NCBI RefSeq assembly: GCF_009914755.1
Contig: NC_060932.1
Strand: one strand, 5' to 3'
DNA: 64,000 nt
DNA from: the human T2T-CHM13v2.0 reference genome, Homo sapiens
How positions within the stretch are numbered: position 1 is the stretch's first letter; each line of letters opens with the position of its first letter. Position numbers and translations under genes: made by a program. Below, piece after piece: positions 30,183 to 47,939 of this stretch. The notes beneath the pieces are model-generated. The model made no database searches. It was not told where the DNA came from and saw nothing but the letters and a program-made list of their open reading frames with translations.

Positions 30183-31372
30183 TGTGTCCAGCATGGGTGG
30201 GTTCTTGGTCTCACTGACTTAAAAGAATGAAGCCACGGACTCTCTCGGTGAGTGTTACAGTTCTTAAAGGCGGCACATTTGGAGTTGTTCATTCTGATGT
30301 TCGGAGTTTCCTCCTTTTGGTGGGTTCCTGGCCTCGCTAGCTTCAGGAGTGAAGCTGCAGACCTTCGCGGTGTTACAGCTCATAAATGCAGCGTGGACCG
30401 AAGGAGTGAGCAATAGCAAGATTTATTGCAAAAACCAAAAGAGCAAAGCTTCCACAGCGCCAAAGAGGACCCAAGGGGATTTCCACTGTGGTCTTGGGCA
30501 GACCTGCTTTTATTCTCTTATCTGGCCCCACCCACATCCTGCTGATTGGTCCATTTTACAGAGAGCCGATTGGTCTGTTTTACAGAGAGCTGATTGGTCT
30601 GTTTTGACAATGTGCTGATTGGTGCGTTTGCAATCCCTGAGCTAGACACAAACGTTCTCCACCTCCCCACTAGATTAGCTAGATACAGAGTGTCCACTGG
30701 TGCATTCGCAAACCCTGAGCTAGACACAGGGTGCTGATTGGTGTGTATACAAACCTTGAGCTAGATACAGAGTGCCGATTGGTGTATTTACAATCCCTTA
30801 GCTAGACATAAAGATTCTCCAAGTCCCCACCAGACTCAGGAGCCCAGCTGGCTTCACCCAGTAGATCCTGCACGGATACACCTGCACTCCTCAGTCCTTG
30901 GGCGGTCGATGGGACTGGGCGCCGTGGAGCAGGGAGTGGTGCTCGGTGGGGCGGGGGAGGCTCAGGCATGGCGGGCTGCAGGTGCCAAGCCCTGCCCTGC
31001 CGGGAGGCAGCTAAGGCCCAGCAAGAAATCGAGCACAGCAGCTGCTGGCCCAGGTGCTAAGCCACTCACTGCTTGGGGCTTGCACGCCGGCCGGCTGCGC
31101 CAAGTGCGGGCCCACCGAGCCCACTCCCACCCGGAACTTGCGGTGGCCCACAAGTGCGCGTGCAGCCCCAGTTCCCGCCTGCGCCTCTCCCTCCACACCT
31201 CCCCTCAAGCTGAGGGAGCCGACTCCGGCCTCGGCCAGCCCAGGAAGGGGCTCCCACAGTGCAGCGGCGGGCTGAAGGGCTCCTCAAGCGCAGCCAGAGT
31301 GGGCGCCAAGGCCAGGGAGGCACTGAGAGGGAGCGAGGGCTGTGAGGGCTGCCAGCACACTGTCACCTCTCA
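30183..31372 (-). mobile_element. Solo LTR12 (ERV9) LTR
   Basis: Minus strand begins TGAGAGGTGACAG and ends GGACACA; 4-bp TSD GAAT at 30179-30182 and 31373-31376; tandem CCAAT repeats. Confidence 0.95.
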
Positions 31373-31631
31373 GAATGACCTTAGAAAAGTAATATTTCCT
31401 CACTTAATTCTAAATACATTTAATAGTCTCACTACTTACTTTACTTTTTACTTTATTTGATACCATCTTCTACTATGTTAGCCTTGTTTTTCTTAAAAAA
31501 AAAAGTGTTTTAAACCCATACCTATTAACTCGATTCCTACATTGCAGACTCTAGCCCTGTGTTCTATGGTATTTTGGTGACAGACTGGGTTTTTTTGAAT
31601 CCTGCTTTCAAAAAACAAGAAAGCCATGCTG

Positions 31632-32183
<552 letters not shown>

Positions 32184-33206
32184 AAGACCCTGTCTCTTTA
32201 GAAAAAAAAAAAAAAGAAAAGGAAAGAAGGAAAGCCATGCTGACTGTGAGGTCTCATTTCATACATGTTATGAAGCACTTAATGTGGACTCACTGGTCAG
32301 AGATCATGCTAGTCGCTGGTGATAAAGTTGGATAAGTCATGGACCTTCCCTAAAGGAGCTCACAGTCCAGGGGCAGGGACACACTAAATACAGTTACAGT
32401 GCAGCACAGTGAGGTAAGGGCTAATGGAGGTAAGCAAATTATGCTTTAAGAAATCTGAGCTATGAGTACCAACTATCCATGGAGAGTTTAAGGTTCCCTA
32501 CAAAAACTCATTCATGTTACAAATTACTGATGTGGTTATCACCAGAGTCAATTTTGCTTTCTTCACTGCATGTTAAATTTTGCAGTTAAATTTTTAGTTT
32601 CCTTACATCCTTACCATATAGTTCACTCTTTGATAGATACCGCATGTCCTCACACCTTGTTAAGATCACAAACAGACATTTTCTAAAGTTTTCTTATTTT
32701 CCTGTAATCGTTTTCAGATACCCGCTTTTCCTTAGACTCTTCAGATGGTGTCCTATTTCCTTGTACTCCAGAATTTTTGGTAGCTGTTATGTTGTGGTGG
32801 TGATTGTTTTTCTGTTATATGTCAATGAGGGAGATTTCCAGTCTCCAAGTTGGCCAACCAACAGATAAAATTTCCTCTGCTTCTCTTTACTGTTCTCTTG
32901 AAAACCGATCTAAAGTTGTAGGGGGGTGCAAGTACATACTTTCTTGCCCAAATTCTGGAATCCAGCTGACATTTACATTTATCGCCTGTTGAGCGGATGC
33001 CATGACAAGATCTTCCCCTGACCCAATTGTCCAGTTGTCTGCAGTGAGGGGAATTTATGTTGTCAAGAATCAGAGGCTATCTATGGTTCTTTAATCAGCT
33101 GTGATTATAAATGGAAAAACTACACACTTGAACACTGTCAGCTGTCAGTGTGTTTCCGCATGCTCCCTTATCAGCAGCTCTTTATTCTAGGAGACTATCC
33201 ATCACA

Positions 33207-33589
<383 letters not shown>

Positions 33590-33973
33590 TGATTGAATAA
33601 TAATTTGAAGGATTAAATTCTTTCCTATCAACTTTGCTTTTCTTTTTCAGAGGATAAAGTATCCATGGTAGAGTTTCTGAGTTTGGCCTCCTCTACACTG
33701 TAGTCAGTGGAAATTCCACCCAGACTCTTGCAAATGGTTGACTCTTGTTTTTCAAAAACTCATGATATTTTAATGGGAAGATGGGAAAGGGAAAGGTTAT
33801 AGCAAGAACCTTAGCTTGACACCGTTTTAACATCTTAACCCTTAAGTCTTCAGTCAATTATATTTTGTACTGTATTATATTTTTACATTTTGTAAGCAAA
33901 GGTAAATAATTTGATGTTAAGCATTAGGAATAGCTTTTGGAAGTTACTGTTGAGATCAGTGGTACAGAAATAA

Positions 33974-34421
<448 letters not shown>

Positions 34422-34849
34422 TGACAACTCCTTGAGGCGGGTAGCGGCAGGGGGAGCTCACAGTTTCAAAAGTGTGCTTATTTACAATTCAAAAATGATC
34501 AGTTTACAATTCAAAAAGGCATCACCACATGAAAAGGTCAGAAGAATTTGTCCCTTTCTAGCCTGTATTTCAGTCCTGAACACTCAAGAATAAGCACAGT
34601 GAACACTGGAATTCATTAAAGGTTTAAAATACAGTAAGGATGCATATATATATCAGTAGAAAAAAATTTTTCCCCACCCTCCAACCCCCAGCAAAACAGG
34701 TATCTGGAAAAGGAATAAAGGCAATGTGAATTTCTGGCAGCTTTCCTGGGGCCTGATACACATTTTTTCCTGGACCTAAGAGCAGAATTTCTGTATTCTA
34801 GCTTCCTTGGTCCTTATTTGGGACAATTGCCTTCAACTTAAAACTATTT

Positions 34850-35009
34850 TTAGTTTGGTTTTTTGGTTTTTTTTTTTTTTTTTTTTTTTTAATCATATGG
34901 GGTCTTGCTATGTTACCCAGACTGGTCTGGAACTACTGGGCTCAAGTGATCCTCCTCTCTCGGCCTCCCATAGTGCTGGGATTACAGGCATGAGCCACCT
35001 TGCCTGGCC
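34850..35009 (-). mobile_element. FLAM/Alu monomer
   Basis: Left-arm monomer, TSD TAAAACTATTTTT. Confidence 0.8.
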
Positions 35010-36086
35010 TAAAACTATTTTTTAGGAGGACTCACCACACTTTCTTAGCCATGAAATCCTCAGGAATCCCTGAAATATTTCAATATTCCAGTGACTGATA
35101 AGAAACACAATCCAAACTCACTCTATAAGAAATGAGATGGTTATTCTGGGTAAATCAGATCCATGTTTTTGACATGATTAATTTTCACACAGTTAATGCC
35201 TCACTTATTTGTTAAACATGGATTTTTCAGTCAGGCTAATACATTTGGTAGGCTTCAGGCTAGGACAATTAAAAACTGAGTAAAAACCATAGGACCATCC
35301 TAATTGATAACTAACAGAAGAACAGGATACATGTGCTGAACTTTCTCTAAATGAAGCACTATTTGTCAAAAGCTCTAAGCAATCTACAGGATGAGATCAC
35401 CTTTCTTTTGTGACTTTCCTGTCACAGCAGTAGCACCTAGCAATAGCTTATGCATGCAAGCAGCATAAATAAGTGAAAATATATAAGGTAGGCAGCATCT
35501 GTAGATATGAGAGAGCAGGGATTGGAGACAGTATGAAGGTCAAGCTTTAGAAAGAACAGTTAACCCCGAGCTGCTGACAAAGAAGGTTTGATTGTTTTAT
35601 TACAGTTATTTGAGAGTCAGAGGTCAGGGAGAAGTGGCTGTTGGACTTGACCTGAGAATAAAGGGAATACCAAATCCAGGGAAAGCACCTAATAATACCT
35701 ACTGGAAAGAGACAGAATAGAGAGCACATTTCCTGATGAGGTCTTGGTTATGACATTCTACTGTTCTTTGCTGGAACATCTCATGGGCCTTTCTAGAAGA
35801 ATCAATAAATAATATCAGAACCAGGGGATGCAAGAATGTCAGTAAAATGTTTGATGACACCTTGGAATATTATGTCTTTTAAAAAACAACACTATCATTG
35901 GATTTGGGTTCTGGAAAAACCATATGCATTCTTTCATTCACATGGTCGTTGAATAGATGTTTATTGAATAGCTGTTTAAATGCCAGAAATTACAGGTATT
36001 GAGTTTGAAAAGATGAAAGCAAAAAAAAAAAAAAAGACACTTCTGGGCTACCTTAGAGTTACATTTGGGGTGAAGGGACAAGTATA

Positions 36087-36409
36087 CAGTATCCATGGGG
36101 ATTGGTTCAGGACTCCTCTGTGATACCAAAATCCATGGATGCTCAAGTCCCCTATGTAAAATGGTGTAGTATTTGTATATAATCTATGCATATGTTCCCA
36201 TATACTTTAAATCATCTCCATATTATTGATAGTAATGAATACAATGTAAATACTATGTAAATAGTTGTTATACTGTATCGTTTAGGGAATAATGACAAGA
36301 AAGAAGTCTGTCCATATTCAGTACAGATGCAATTTTGTTTCTGAACATTTTTGATTCTTGGTTGGTTGAATCCATGGATGCAGAACTGGTGGATATGGAG
36401 GGCCAACTA
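36087..36409 (+). mobile_element. MER2 (Tigger-family MITE)
   Basis: GTATCCATGGGGATTGGTTCAGGAC...GGATATGGAGGGCCAACT; TA flanks. Confidence 0.85.
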
Positions 36410-36638
36410 TATTAGCCACCTCCTTATAGGTAATTGGTGAAGACTGGTTGAATGGAAGAATAATGAATAAGTAAATGGATTTTTTTAAGACGAAGATAGC
36501 ATTTTGGAGGTTATTAATAATGCTACATATGATAATAACATGAATAAATGAAATTCACTGATAAACACATTCTAAATATTTAAACCCAGAAATTTCCAAG
36601 TATTTAAACCCAAGAAGTATTTATTTCTCTAATTTTTT

Positions 36639-36745
36639 AAGACCATTTAAGTGCAGTAGTGAGAAGGGAGAAAGAGTAGAACAAGGAAGTTTGATCTGTA
36701 ACTGTGAAAAATCAATTGAGATAACTCACTAACTTCAGACCAGCC
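36639..36745 (-). pseudogene. Y1 RNA (RNY1-like) retropseudogene
   Basis: Reverse complement GGCTGGTCTGAAGTTAGTGAGTTATCTCAATTGATT...CTTCTCACTACTGCACTT matches hY1; short A-tail. Confidence 0.92.
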
Positions 36746-36780
36746 AAGGAAATGTTTCTTATTAAGAAAAACTGAGTAAA

Positions 36781-36932
36781 TTTTATTTTCCTTTTTTTTC
36801 TTTTTTTGAGACAGGGTCTCACTTTGTTGCCCAGGCTGGAGTGCAGTAGCGCGATCACTGCTCACTGTAACCTCGACCTCCTGAGCTCAGGTGATCCTCC
36901 CACCTCAGCCTGCCAGGTAGCTGGGACTGCAT
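36781..36932 (-). mobile_element. Truncated AluJ right arm
   Basis: TSD AGTAAATTTT. Confidence 0.8.
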
Positions 36933-37150
36933 GTGTTGCCAGTAAATTTTCTTTATGTTCATTTCTCTACCAAAGACCCTGGATAGATTTGCTTAGGAAT
37001 GAAATAAGATAGGGTGTAAAAGGAGACTTGCATAATCCAATTATTTTATAGTGAAAATAAATGAGACATGATTTTCTTTTGAAGTATTTACGTGATTCAG
37101 GGCACAGACTCAAGACATACATTTTAAAAGGGCTATTAAAATTCAAATAT

Positions 37151-37272
37151 TGACCAGGCATGGTGGTTCACAACTGTAAACCCAACAATTTGGAGGGTGT
37201 GGTAGGAAGACTGCTTGAGCTCAGGAGTTCACGACCAGCCTGGACAACATAGGGAGACCTCATCTCTACTAA

Positions 37273-37304
<32 letters not shown>

Positions 37305-37475
37305 GCCAAGCATGGTGGCACATGCCTGTAGTCCTAGCTACTTGGTAGGCTGAATTGGGAGGATTGCTTGAGCTCAGGAGATCAAGGCTGCAGTGAGCTA
37401 TGATCTCACCACTGTACTCCAGCCTGGGTGACAGAGTGAGACCCTGTCTCAAAAACAAAACAAAATAAAATAAAA
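37151..37475 (+). mobile_element. AluJ
   Basis: Diverged Alu with expanded A linker. Confidence 0.85.
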
Positions 37476-37498
37476 TGCAAATATCACTTTCAAGTGTA

Positions 37499-37805
<307 letters not shown>

Positions 37806-38299
37806 TCAAGTGTTTTCTGAAAAATATCCAAATAACCAAAAGTTTATATAAACAATAAAACCTAGTGTTAATCTCAAAATTTCATCTCTTGCTGCACAGA
37901 TCATTTTTATAGAAGTTTAAAATTACAGATAAATAATAAGGGTTTTTTTTCTTTCTCTTCTTTTTTCACACTATGAAGTATCTGTAGCATGGAGTATTTT
38001 TTTATTTCTCTTAATAATGAAATGTTTTTTTCCCTCCACAGCATCCTTGTCTTAATAATTTGGCACCTAGTAGTTTCTTGCAAAAATAGTGTTTATGTTT
38101 ATTACATGAATGATGAATCAATTAGTGAGCATTTGATTATTTTAGACTTTTATAGAAAAGTCATATTTCTCATTCAGAGTTTACAAGAAGATAGAGGTTT
38201 GAGAAACTTTGAAGAAGAAAATATAAATATGGCCTGTGGAAGAGTCTACAAGTTTTTTTTCCAATATACTTATTATTATTAATAGAATTTCTAATACTC

Positions 38300-38715
38300 A
38301 GCGGGACACATAGCTACCTAAAATGAAGACCACATTTCTCAGCCTCCTGCAAGGCTAGGTGTGCCATGCAATTAAGTGATGGCTAAAGAGATGTAAGGAG
38401 ACGTTTCATGTGAAACTTCCAGGAAGTGTCCTCAGAGGGAAGCAAAGCATCCTGCTTTGTCCCTTCCCCTTCTTGATGGCCAGAATGTGGACACGGTAAA
38501 GAGCCTGGACAGCCAACTGGGGACAAAGCAGCACAGGAAGGAGAGGGGAGCAGCAAAGTTGAAGGAGTCTGGGGATCTCACCACTTGCAAATGCCAGATT
38601 AGCCCTAAATGGTTGACCTCTGCATAGTTATTTTTAATGAATAGAACCTTATGTAATTAAGCTCCAGTTTATTTGGGATTTCTGTCATTGGCAGTCAAAC
38701 CTAATCTTAACCAGT
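38300..38715 (+). mobile_element. MLT1J-like MaLR LTR
   Basis: CACATTTCTCAGCCTCCTGCA...ACTTCCAGGAAGTG...CCTAATCTTAAC motifs. Confidence 0.6.
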
Positions 38716-38830
38716 AGTGACCTAAGTAGCTCTAAAATTGTTACTTAATTTGTATACATTTTGTGGATTCTATGACTCTAGGGCATCTCCTAAGTGATCT
38801 AGTATAATGCGTCTTTTTTCAGTAGGCCAA

Positions 38831-39186
38831 TGTATTAGTCCATTTTCACACCGCTATAAAGAAATACCCAAGACTGGATAATTTATAAAGGAAAGAGTTT
38901 TAATTGACTCACAGTTCCACATGGCTGGGGAGGCCTCAGGAAACTTACAATTATGGTGGAAGGGGAAGCAGGCACCTTCTTCACAAGGCAGCAGGAGAGA
39001 GAAGTGGTGCTAAGGAGGAACTTCCAAACACTTATAAAACCATCAGATCTCATGAGAACTCCCTCACTATCACGAGAACAGCATGAAGGAAACTGCCCCG
39101 ATGATCCAATCACCTCCCTCCCTCTACATGTGGGAATTACAATTCAAGATGAGATTTGGGTGGGAACACAGAGCCAAACCGTATCA
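38831..39186 (-). mobile_element. THE1/MST MaLR LTR
   Basis: TGTATTAGTCCATTTTCAC...CAAACCGTATCA, typical reversed THE1/MST. Confidence 0.88.
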
Positions 39187-39364
39187 GCATGCTACCTTTT
39201 TGCCTGGCTAGGAAAACTGCTGAAGTGATGTGTCACCAAATTTTATCATATTTATTGAGTATACCTACTATGTAGAGTAATTCCTATGTCTTGCTTTCTG
39301 AATTCATTAACATAAGAATTAGGTTTCTGAGAGTTGCTTTGTACTTCAGTTCTTAAAAAATTTA

Positions 39365-39547
<183 letters not shown>

Positions 39548-40031
39548 TCACTTAGCACAATAATACAGAGAGATCCCATGTACACTCTTCCCAGTTTCCC
39601 CCGATGGTAATGTCTTACAGAATTATAGTATAAAATCGCAGCTAGTATACTGACATTGATAACACTTAAGATACAGAATATTTCCATGGGGATTTCTCAT
39701 ATTGCCCTTTCAAAGCTACAGCCCTTCCTTTCTACCCCATCCTCTCTATAATCCCTGGTAACCACTAATCTGTTCTCCATTCCTAGGATTTTGTCATTTT
39801 AAGAATGTTACATGAATGGAATCACAGTATGTAGCCTTTTGGGGTTGGCTTTTTTCACTCTGCATAATTCTCCGGAGATTCATCCAGGTTTCTGCAAGTA
39901 TCAGTAGTTGGTTCCTTTGTATTCTGAATAATATTTCATGGTATGGATATATCTAAGTTTATTTAACCATTCACCGGTTGAAGGACACTGGGGTTGTTTC
40001 CAGTTTAGGATTATTACAAATAAAGCTGCTA

Positions 40032-40292
<261 letters not shown>

Positions 40293-40419
40293 CTATAAAC
40301 ATTTTTTTGGTGTGTGAACATAAGTTTTTCTGTGAATATAGGTTTTTTTTTGGAATAAATGTGCAAGAGTGAAATTGATGTGTCATATGGTAATTGGATG
40401 TTTAGTTTTTAGTTTTTAG

Positions 40420-40836
<417 letters not shown>

Positions 40837-41475
40837 TAGATTTTGTCATTATTTTTATTTTAGCCAATCTGGTAGCTGTGAAGTGATAGCTCATTGTGGT
40901 TTTAATTTGCATTTCCTGCTGGTTAATGATGTTAAATATCTTTTCAGTGCTTATTCACCATCTGTTAATCCTGTCTGGTGAAATGTCTGTTTACATCTTT
41001 TTGCCCATTTTTCTAACTGGATTTTTTTTTCTTACCGTTGAGTTTTGAGAATCTTTTATATATTATAGATACTAAACCTTCATCAGATATGTTTTGCAAA
41101 TATTTTCTTCCAGTCTCTAGCTTGTCTTTTTATCATCTTCACAGGGTCTTGAACAGAACAAAAGTTTTAAATTTTGATTATATCCAGTTTGTCAGCCCTT
41201 CCTTTTGTGAATTGTCCTTTTGGTATCAAGTCTAAGAACTCTTTGTCTGCCCCTACATCCTAAAGATTTTCCCTCATGTTTCTTTTAAGTTTTGTAGTTT
41301 TACATTTAAGTTCACGATTCATTTTGAGTAAATTTTTTTGTAAGGTATAAGAATTAGGTCGAGGTTCAGTTTCCTTTTTTTTTGCCTGTAAGTGTCCAAT
41401 TGCTCCAGCATCATTTGTTGAAAAAGCAATCCTTCCTTTATTGAATTGCCTTTGCACCTTTGTCAGAAATAAGTA

Positions 41476-41660
41476 GGGCACGGTGAGCAAGGTGGGGCTC
41501 ACCTAAGTCCCAGCCACTCAAGAGGCTGAGGTGGAAGGATTGCTTGAGCCCAGGAGTTTGAGGTTGTAGTGTGCTATTATTCTGCCTGTGAATAGCCACT
41601 GCACTCTAGCCTGGGCAATATAGCAAGATCCCATCACTAAAAATAAAACAAACTAAAAAA
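41476..41660 (+). mobile_element. FAM (fossil Alu monomer)
   Basis: Retains TGTAGTGTGCTAT...GCCTGTGAATAGCCACTGC 7SL remnant. Confidence 0.75.
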
Positions 41661-41834
41661 TTAAGACACAAAAAATTCTGAAAAGGCTCTGGTTGAATTA
41701 AAAAAATCAGTGGGGCATATTTGTGTGGGTCTATTTAATTCATTCCTTTTTATTACTGAGTAGTATTCCATCGTATGGCTATACCACAATGTGTTTATAC
41801 CTTCACCCATTCTTGAACATCTGGTTGTTTCTAG

Positions 41835-42205
<371 letters not shown>

Positions 42206-42331
42206 GACACGTTTTTATTTCTTTTGGGCAAACACCTAGGAGTGAGATTGAGGGATTGTATGGTAACTGTATGTTTAACTTTACAAGAAACTTGATAAGA
42301 AATTGCCAAACTGGTTTGCTGGTGAGAATGC

Positions 42332-43292
42332 TGTGGGTGAAGGATTACCTAGGTGCCGAGGCAAGAGACTGAAGGCAAAAACTGTTTCAGTATAATAAAA
42401 TAGTTAGAATAAGAACAGTTATAATACAAATTAGATATAGAGATGATCGTGGACATTATCAATAATTAGCATAAACATTATTAATCATTAGTTTTTAATA
42501 TTACTCTTTGTTGTATTACTAATATAACCAAGGAATAACCAGCGGGTATAGGGTTAGGTGCTGAAGGGACATTGTGAGAAGTGACCTAGAAGGCAAGAGG
42601 TGAACCCTCTGTCATGCCCGCATAAGGGCCGCTTGAGGGCTCCTTGGTCAAGTGGTAACACCAGTGCCTTGGTAGGCACCCGTACTTAGCAGACCGTGAA
42701 AGAGAGTCTTCCTTTCCTTGGAGGAGTCAGGGAACACTCTACTCCACCAGCTTCTTGTGGGAGGCTGGATATTATCCAGGCCTGCCCGCAGTCATCCGCA
42801 GGACTAAACCCCTCCCTGTGATGCTGTGCTTCAATGGTCATGCTCCTGGTCCACTTTCATGTTCCTCCCGTACTCCTGATTCCTCTTTGAAGTTCTTAGA
42901 AGATAATGGTAGAAGAAATAGTGAAAGTCTTAAAGTCTGTGATCTTTCTGATAAGTGCATAGAAGAAAACGCTGACGTATGCTGCCTTCCCTCTCTGCTT
43001 CAGCTACCTAAAAGAGAAGGGCCCCGTGTCCTACGATCACATGACTTGCTTGGCCTTATCAATCACTTAGATGACTCACCCTCCTTACCCTGCCCCCTTG
43101 TCTTGTATACAATAAATATCAGTGTGCCCAGCCATTCAGGGCCACTGCCAGTCTCCGCGTCTTGGTGGTAGTGGTCCCCCAGGCCCAGCTGTTTTATCTT
43201 TATCTCTTTGTCTCGTGTCTTTATTTCTTATGATCTCTCATTTCCGCACATGGGGAGAACACCCACAAAGCCCCGTAGGGCTGGACCGTACA
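42332..43292 (+). mobile_element. Solo ERVK-class LTR (LTR13/LTR13A-like)
   Basis: TG...CA ends, 961 bp, 6-bp TSD GAATGC (42326-42331, 43293-43298), LTR13-like start TGTGGGTGAAGGATTACCTAGGTGCCGAGGCAAGAGACTG. Confidence 0.88.
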
Positions 43293-43786
43293 GAATGCAA
43301 AAACCATTTTGTATTCTCACCAGCAGTAACTAAGAGTTCCAGTTGTTCTACATCTTTGTCAACACTTTTTATTGTCAGACTCTAATTCTAGCCACTCTAG
43401 TGGGTGTGCCCTAGTATCTCATATTGACTTTAAAATGCATTTTCCTAATGCTTAATGATATATTGAGCATTTCTTCATGTTCTTACTTGCCATTTGTATA
43501 TCTTTGCATCTTTTCCTCATTTTTCATTGGGTTCTTTTTCTTATTAGTTGTGTGTTTTTAAAATACCACGTAAGTATTTTGAGGGAGATTATCTCAAAGG
43601 AACCCTAAAGTGGTTTTTTCCAGCCTCAAGGAAACTTAGGTCTTTAAGAAAATAAAACTTGCTCCTTATTTTTAAAAAAGAGGGAGAAAAATAAATCTCC
43701 TAATTTATTTGGTGTATCTATTTGAATGTCCATGTACAGCACTAAGTTGTTTAAAGAAGATATATGACAAAGTAGCTAAAAAACAT

Positions 43787-43932
43787 GGCTGGATATGGTG
43801 GCTCACACCTGTAATCCCGGCACTTTGGGAAGCTGAGGTGGATGGATTGCTTGAGCCCAGGAGTTTTAAAACCAGCCTTGGTAACATGACAAGACCCCAT
43901 CTCAAAAATAAATAAATAAATAAAAATAAAAA
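43787..43932 (+). mobile_element. FLAM/Alu monomer
   Basis: Left arm with (TAAA)n tail. Confidence 0.8.
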
Positions 43933-44034
43933 GCATAATGCTTACTATTCATCATTTGGTGAATTAAAGTGAATGCAATATTTTGGTGATTCATTTTGCT
44001 GATCCAATGTGAATGACAACTCTTTTAAGCCACA

Positions 44035-44229
44035 TGTTACCATTTATTGAATAACTCTTCTTAATGACTTTTCTGACCCCTCTCAAAGGTAATAATTCAT
44101 TTCTCTACCTTTGAAAAGCCTCTCTGTATCTTGTTACCATTTTATTGAATAACTCTTCTTAATAACTTTTCTGACCCCTCCCAAAGGTAATAATTCATTT
44201 CTCTACCTTTGAAAAGCCTCTCTGTATCT
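44035..44229. repeat. Tandem duplication, 97/98-bp units
   Basis: 44035-44131 vs 44132-44229 differ by 2 substitutions and a 1-nt indel. Confidence 0.95.
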
Positions 44230-44266
44230 TGCAGTACGCCTCCTCTAGAAATGGCAGGAAGTCCTT

Positions 44267-44589
<323 letters not shown>

Positions 44590-44614
44590 TTAATGTGATT
44601 GTATCACAACTCTT

Positions 44615-44800
44615 TAGAGGCAGTATGGCATAGTGAACAGGGATTGGGTTTTAGAGTCACTTGCAACCTCTCTGACTTGATCCTCAGTTTCTTCATCTAT
44701 AAAATAGAGATTATGATACCACATGTAATGTGAAAATTAGGACTAGGTAAACAAAGTGCCTGCTGCTATGTTTGGCTCAATAAATAATAACTATTATTCT
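44615..44800 (+). mobile_element. MIR
   Basis: GAGGCAGTATGGCATAGTG...CCTCAGTTTCTTCATCTATAAAAT. Confidence 0.6.
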
Positions 44801-44851
44801 CATGTTTTGATCTTCCTAGTCTACAACTTAACCTCTTAAAAATTAGAAATT

Positions 44852-45515
<664 letters not shown>

Positions 45516-45529
45516 TCATTTTCTGTAAT

Positions 45530-45750
45530 TGGACATTTACTATGTGCCAGGCTATAACTGGACATTTACTTGTGCCAAGTGCTTTATATATGAAATCTCA
45601 CAAGGCAGGTAGGTTTTCTTATTCTTATTTTACAGACAACAGAGACACACAAGGATGAAGTAACTTGCTCAGGATTCTTCAGGAAGAGGCAGAGTTTGAA
45701 TTCAAACTAAAGCCAGATTCTGACCCTGGCATTTTAGCCACTATGGTTTC
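45530..45750 (-). mobile_element. MIR
   Basis: TGTGCCAAGTGCTTTATATA...TTTTACAGA...AAGTAACTTGCTCAGG. Confidence 0.6.
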
Positions 45751-45965
45751 CTGCTTCCCACTTTTGTTTTTATTTGCATTCCAAGCTTTACCTAATCTAA
45801 AACTCGTGTTACTTTAAATCTAGCCTCATCTATGTTTGCACGTATCCTTGCAGATATTATCCATCTACATCACTGGAATTGTTACGTGTATAAACTTGAA
45901 CAATATGTGATCTGTTTAGCACATCCAGGTTTTCTCTCCTACAGGACCTAAGATCTAGAAGTTGA

Positions 45966-46303
<338 letters not shown>

Positions 46304-46331
46304 CATTCTATTTATTTTAATTTAAAAATAT

Positions 46332-46670
<339 letters not shown>

Positions 46671-47092
46671 TCAAAGAAAATAAATTCTTAAGGATTACTA
46701 TAGAGAATGAATATTGGTATTGGTTAATATAACTCTGATTTTTAATTAAAATAATAAAAAGAAATGAATGAGTTTGAATATTATCCTTATAACTTTTTAT
46801 TTCTTTTGTTTACCTTTAAGCCCTTTACAATTGTAATTTCCAAATTACAATTTTGATTACTGTTTCAGAAATTAAAATCCCCTACAACACAGCCTCTAAT
46901 GATTCCCATTTTCCATTTTAACCTGGCTTCTTCCCCGGGCAAGTGCCCAACGAAATGGATGATTCTTATTTCCATGACCTGAAGGTCAAAGAACTCTAGT
47001 CATTCCAAACCTGTAGCAGGAGGGAGCAGATTACAAGAACAAGAGCCTTCCTGCTTCTAAATCACATGCATACATGTTTAGCTCAGTTCTAG

Positions 47093-47401
<309 letters not shown>

Positions 47402-47633
47402 AAGCTCAATTCTAGTTTTTAGGTTTGTTTTAAATAATTCACACATTGAGAAGGTACATAGACATTTGATATTGGTAAAATATTGAGATAGTATTATAAA
47501 GTTTTATTTATATAATACGACTTTAAATCAAATCTGCTTGAGACAGGGTCTTGCTAACTAGATTGTGAACTATTCAAATCAAAGACAGTTTTCTTCTTTG
47601 TATTACCCACAGCAAGTAAATAATGGAATTCTC

Positions 47634-47939
47634 TTTTTTTTTATTTTATTTGAGGTGGAGTCTCGATCTGTCACCCAGGCTGGAGTCTGGAGTGCAGTAG
47701 CACTATCTAGGCTCACTGCAACCTCCGCCGCCCAGGGTTCAAGTGATTCTCCTGCCTCAGCCTTCTGAGTAGCTGGGACTGCAGGTGCCCGCCACCACAC
47801 CTGGCTAATTTTTGTATTTTTAGTAGCGATGAGGTTTCACCATATTGGCTAGACTGTTCTCCAACTCCTGACCTTGAGATCCGCCTACCTCGGCCTCCCA
47901 AAGTGCTGGGATTACAGGCCTGAGTCACTGCACCCGGCC
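47634..47939 (-). mobile_element. AluS
   Basis: TSD TGGAATTCTC. Confidence 0.88.

Noticed and set aside
30540-30810. Regularly spaced direct repeats superficially like a CRISPR array
   Set aside because: Known tandem NF-Y/GATA repeats of LTR12 U3; the intervening sequences are not unique and the context is eukaryotic
30349-31460. ORFs up to 183 aa
   Set aside because: Lie within the GC-rich LTR12; no gag/pol/env similarity
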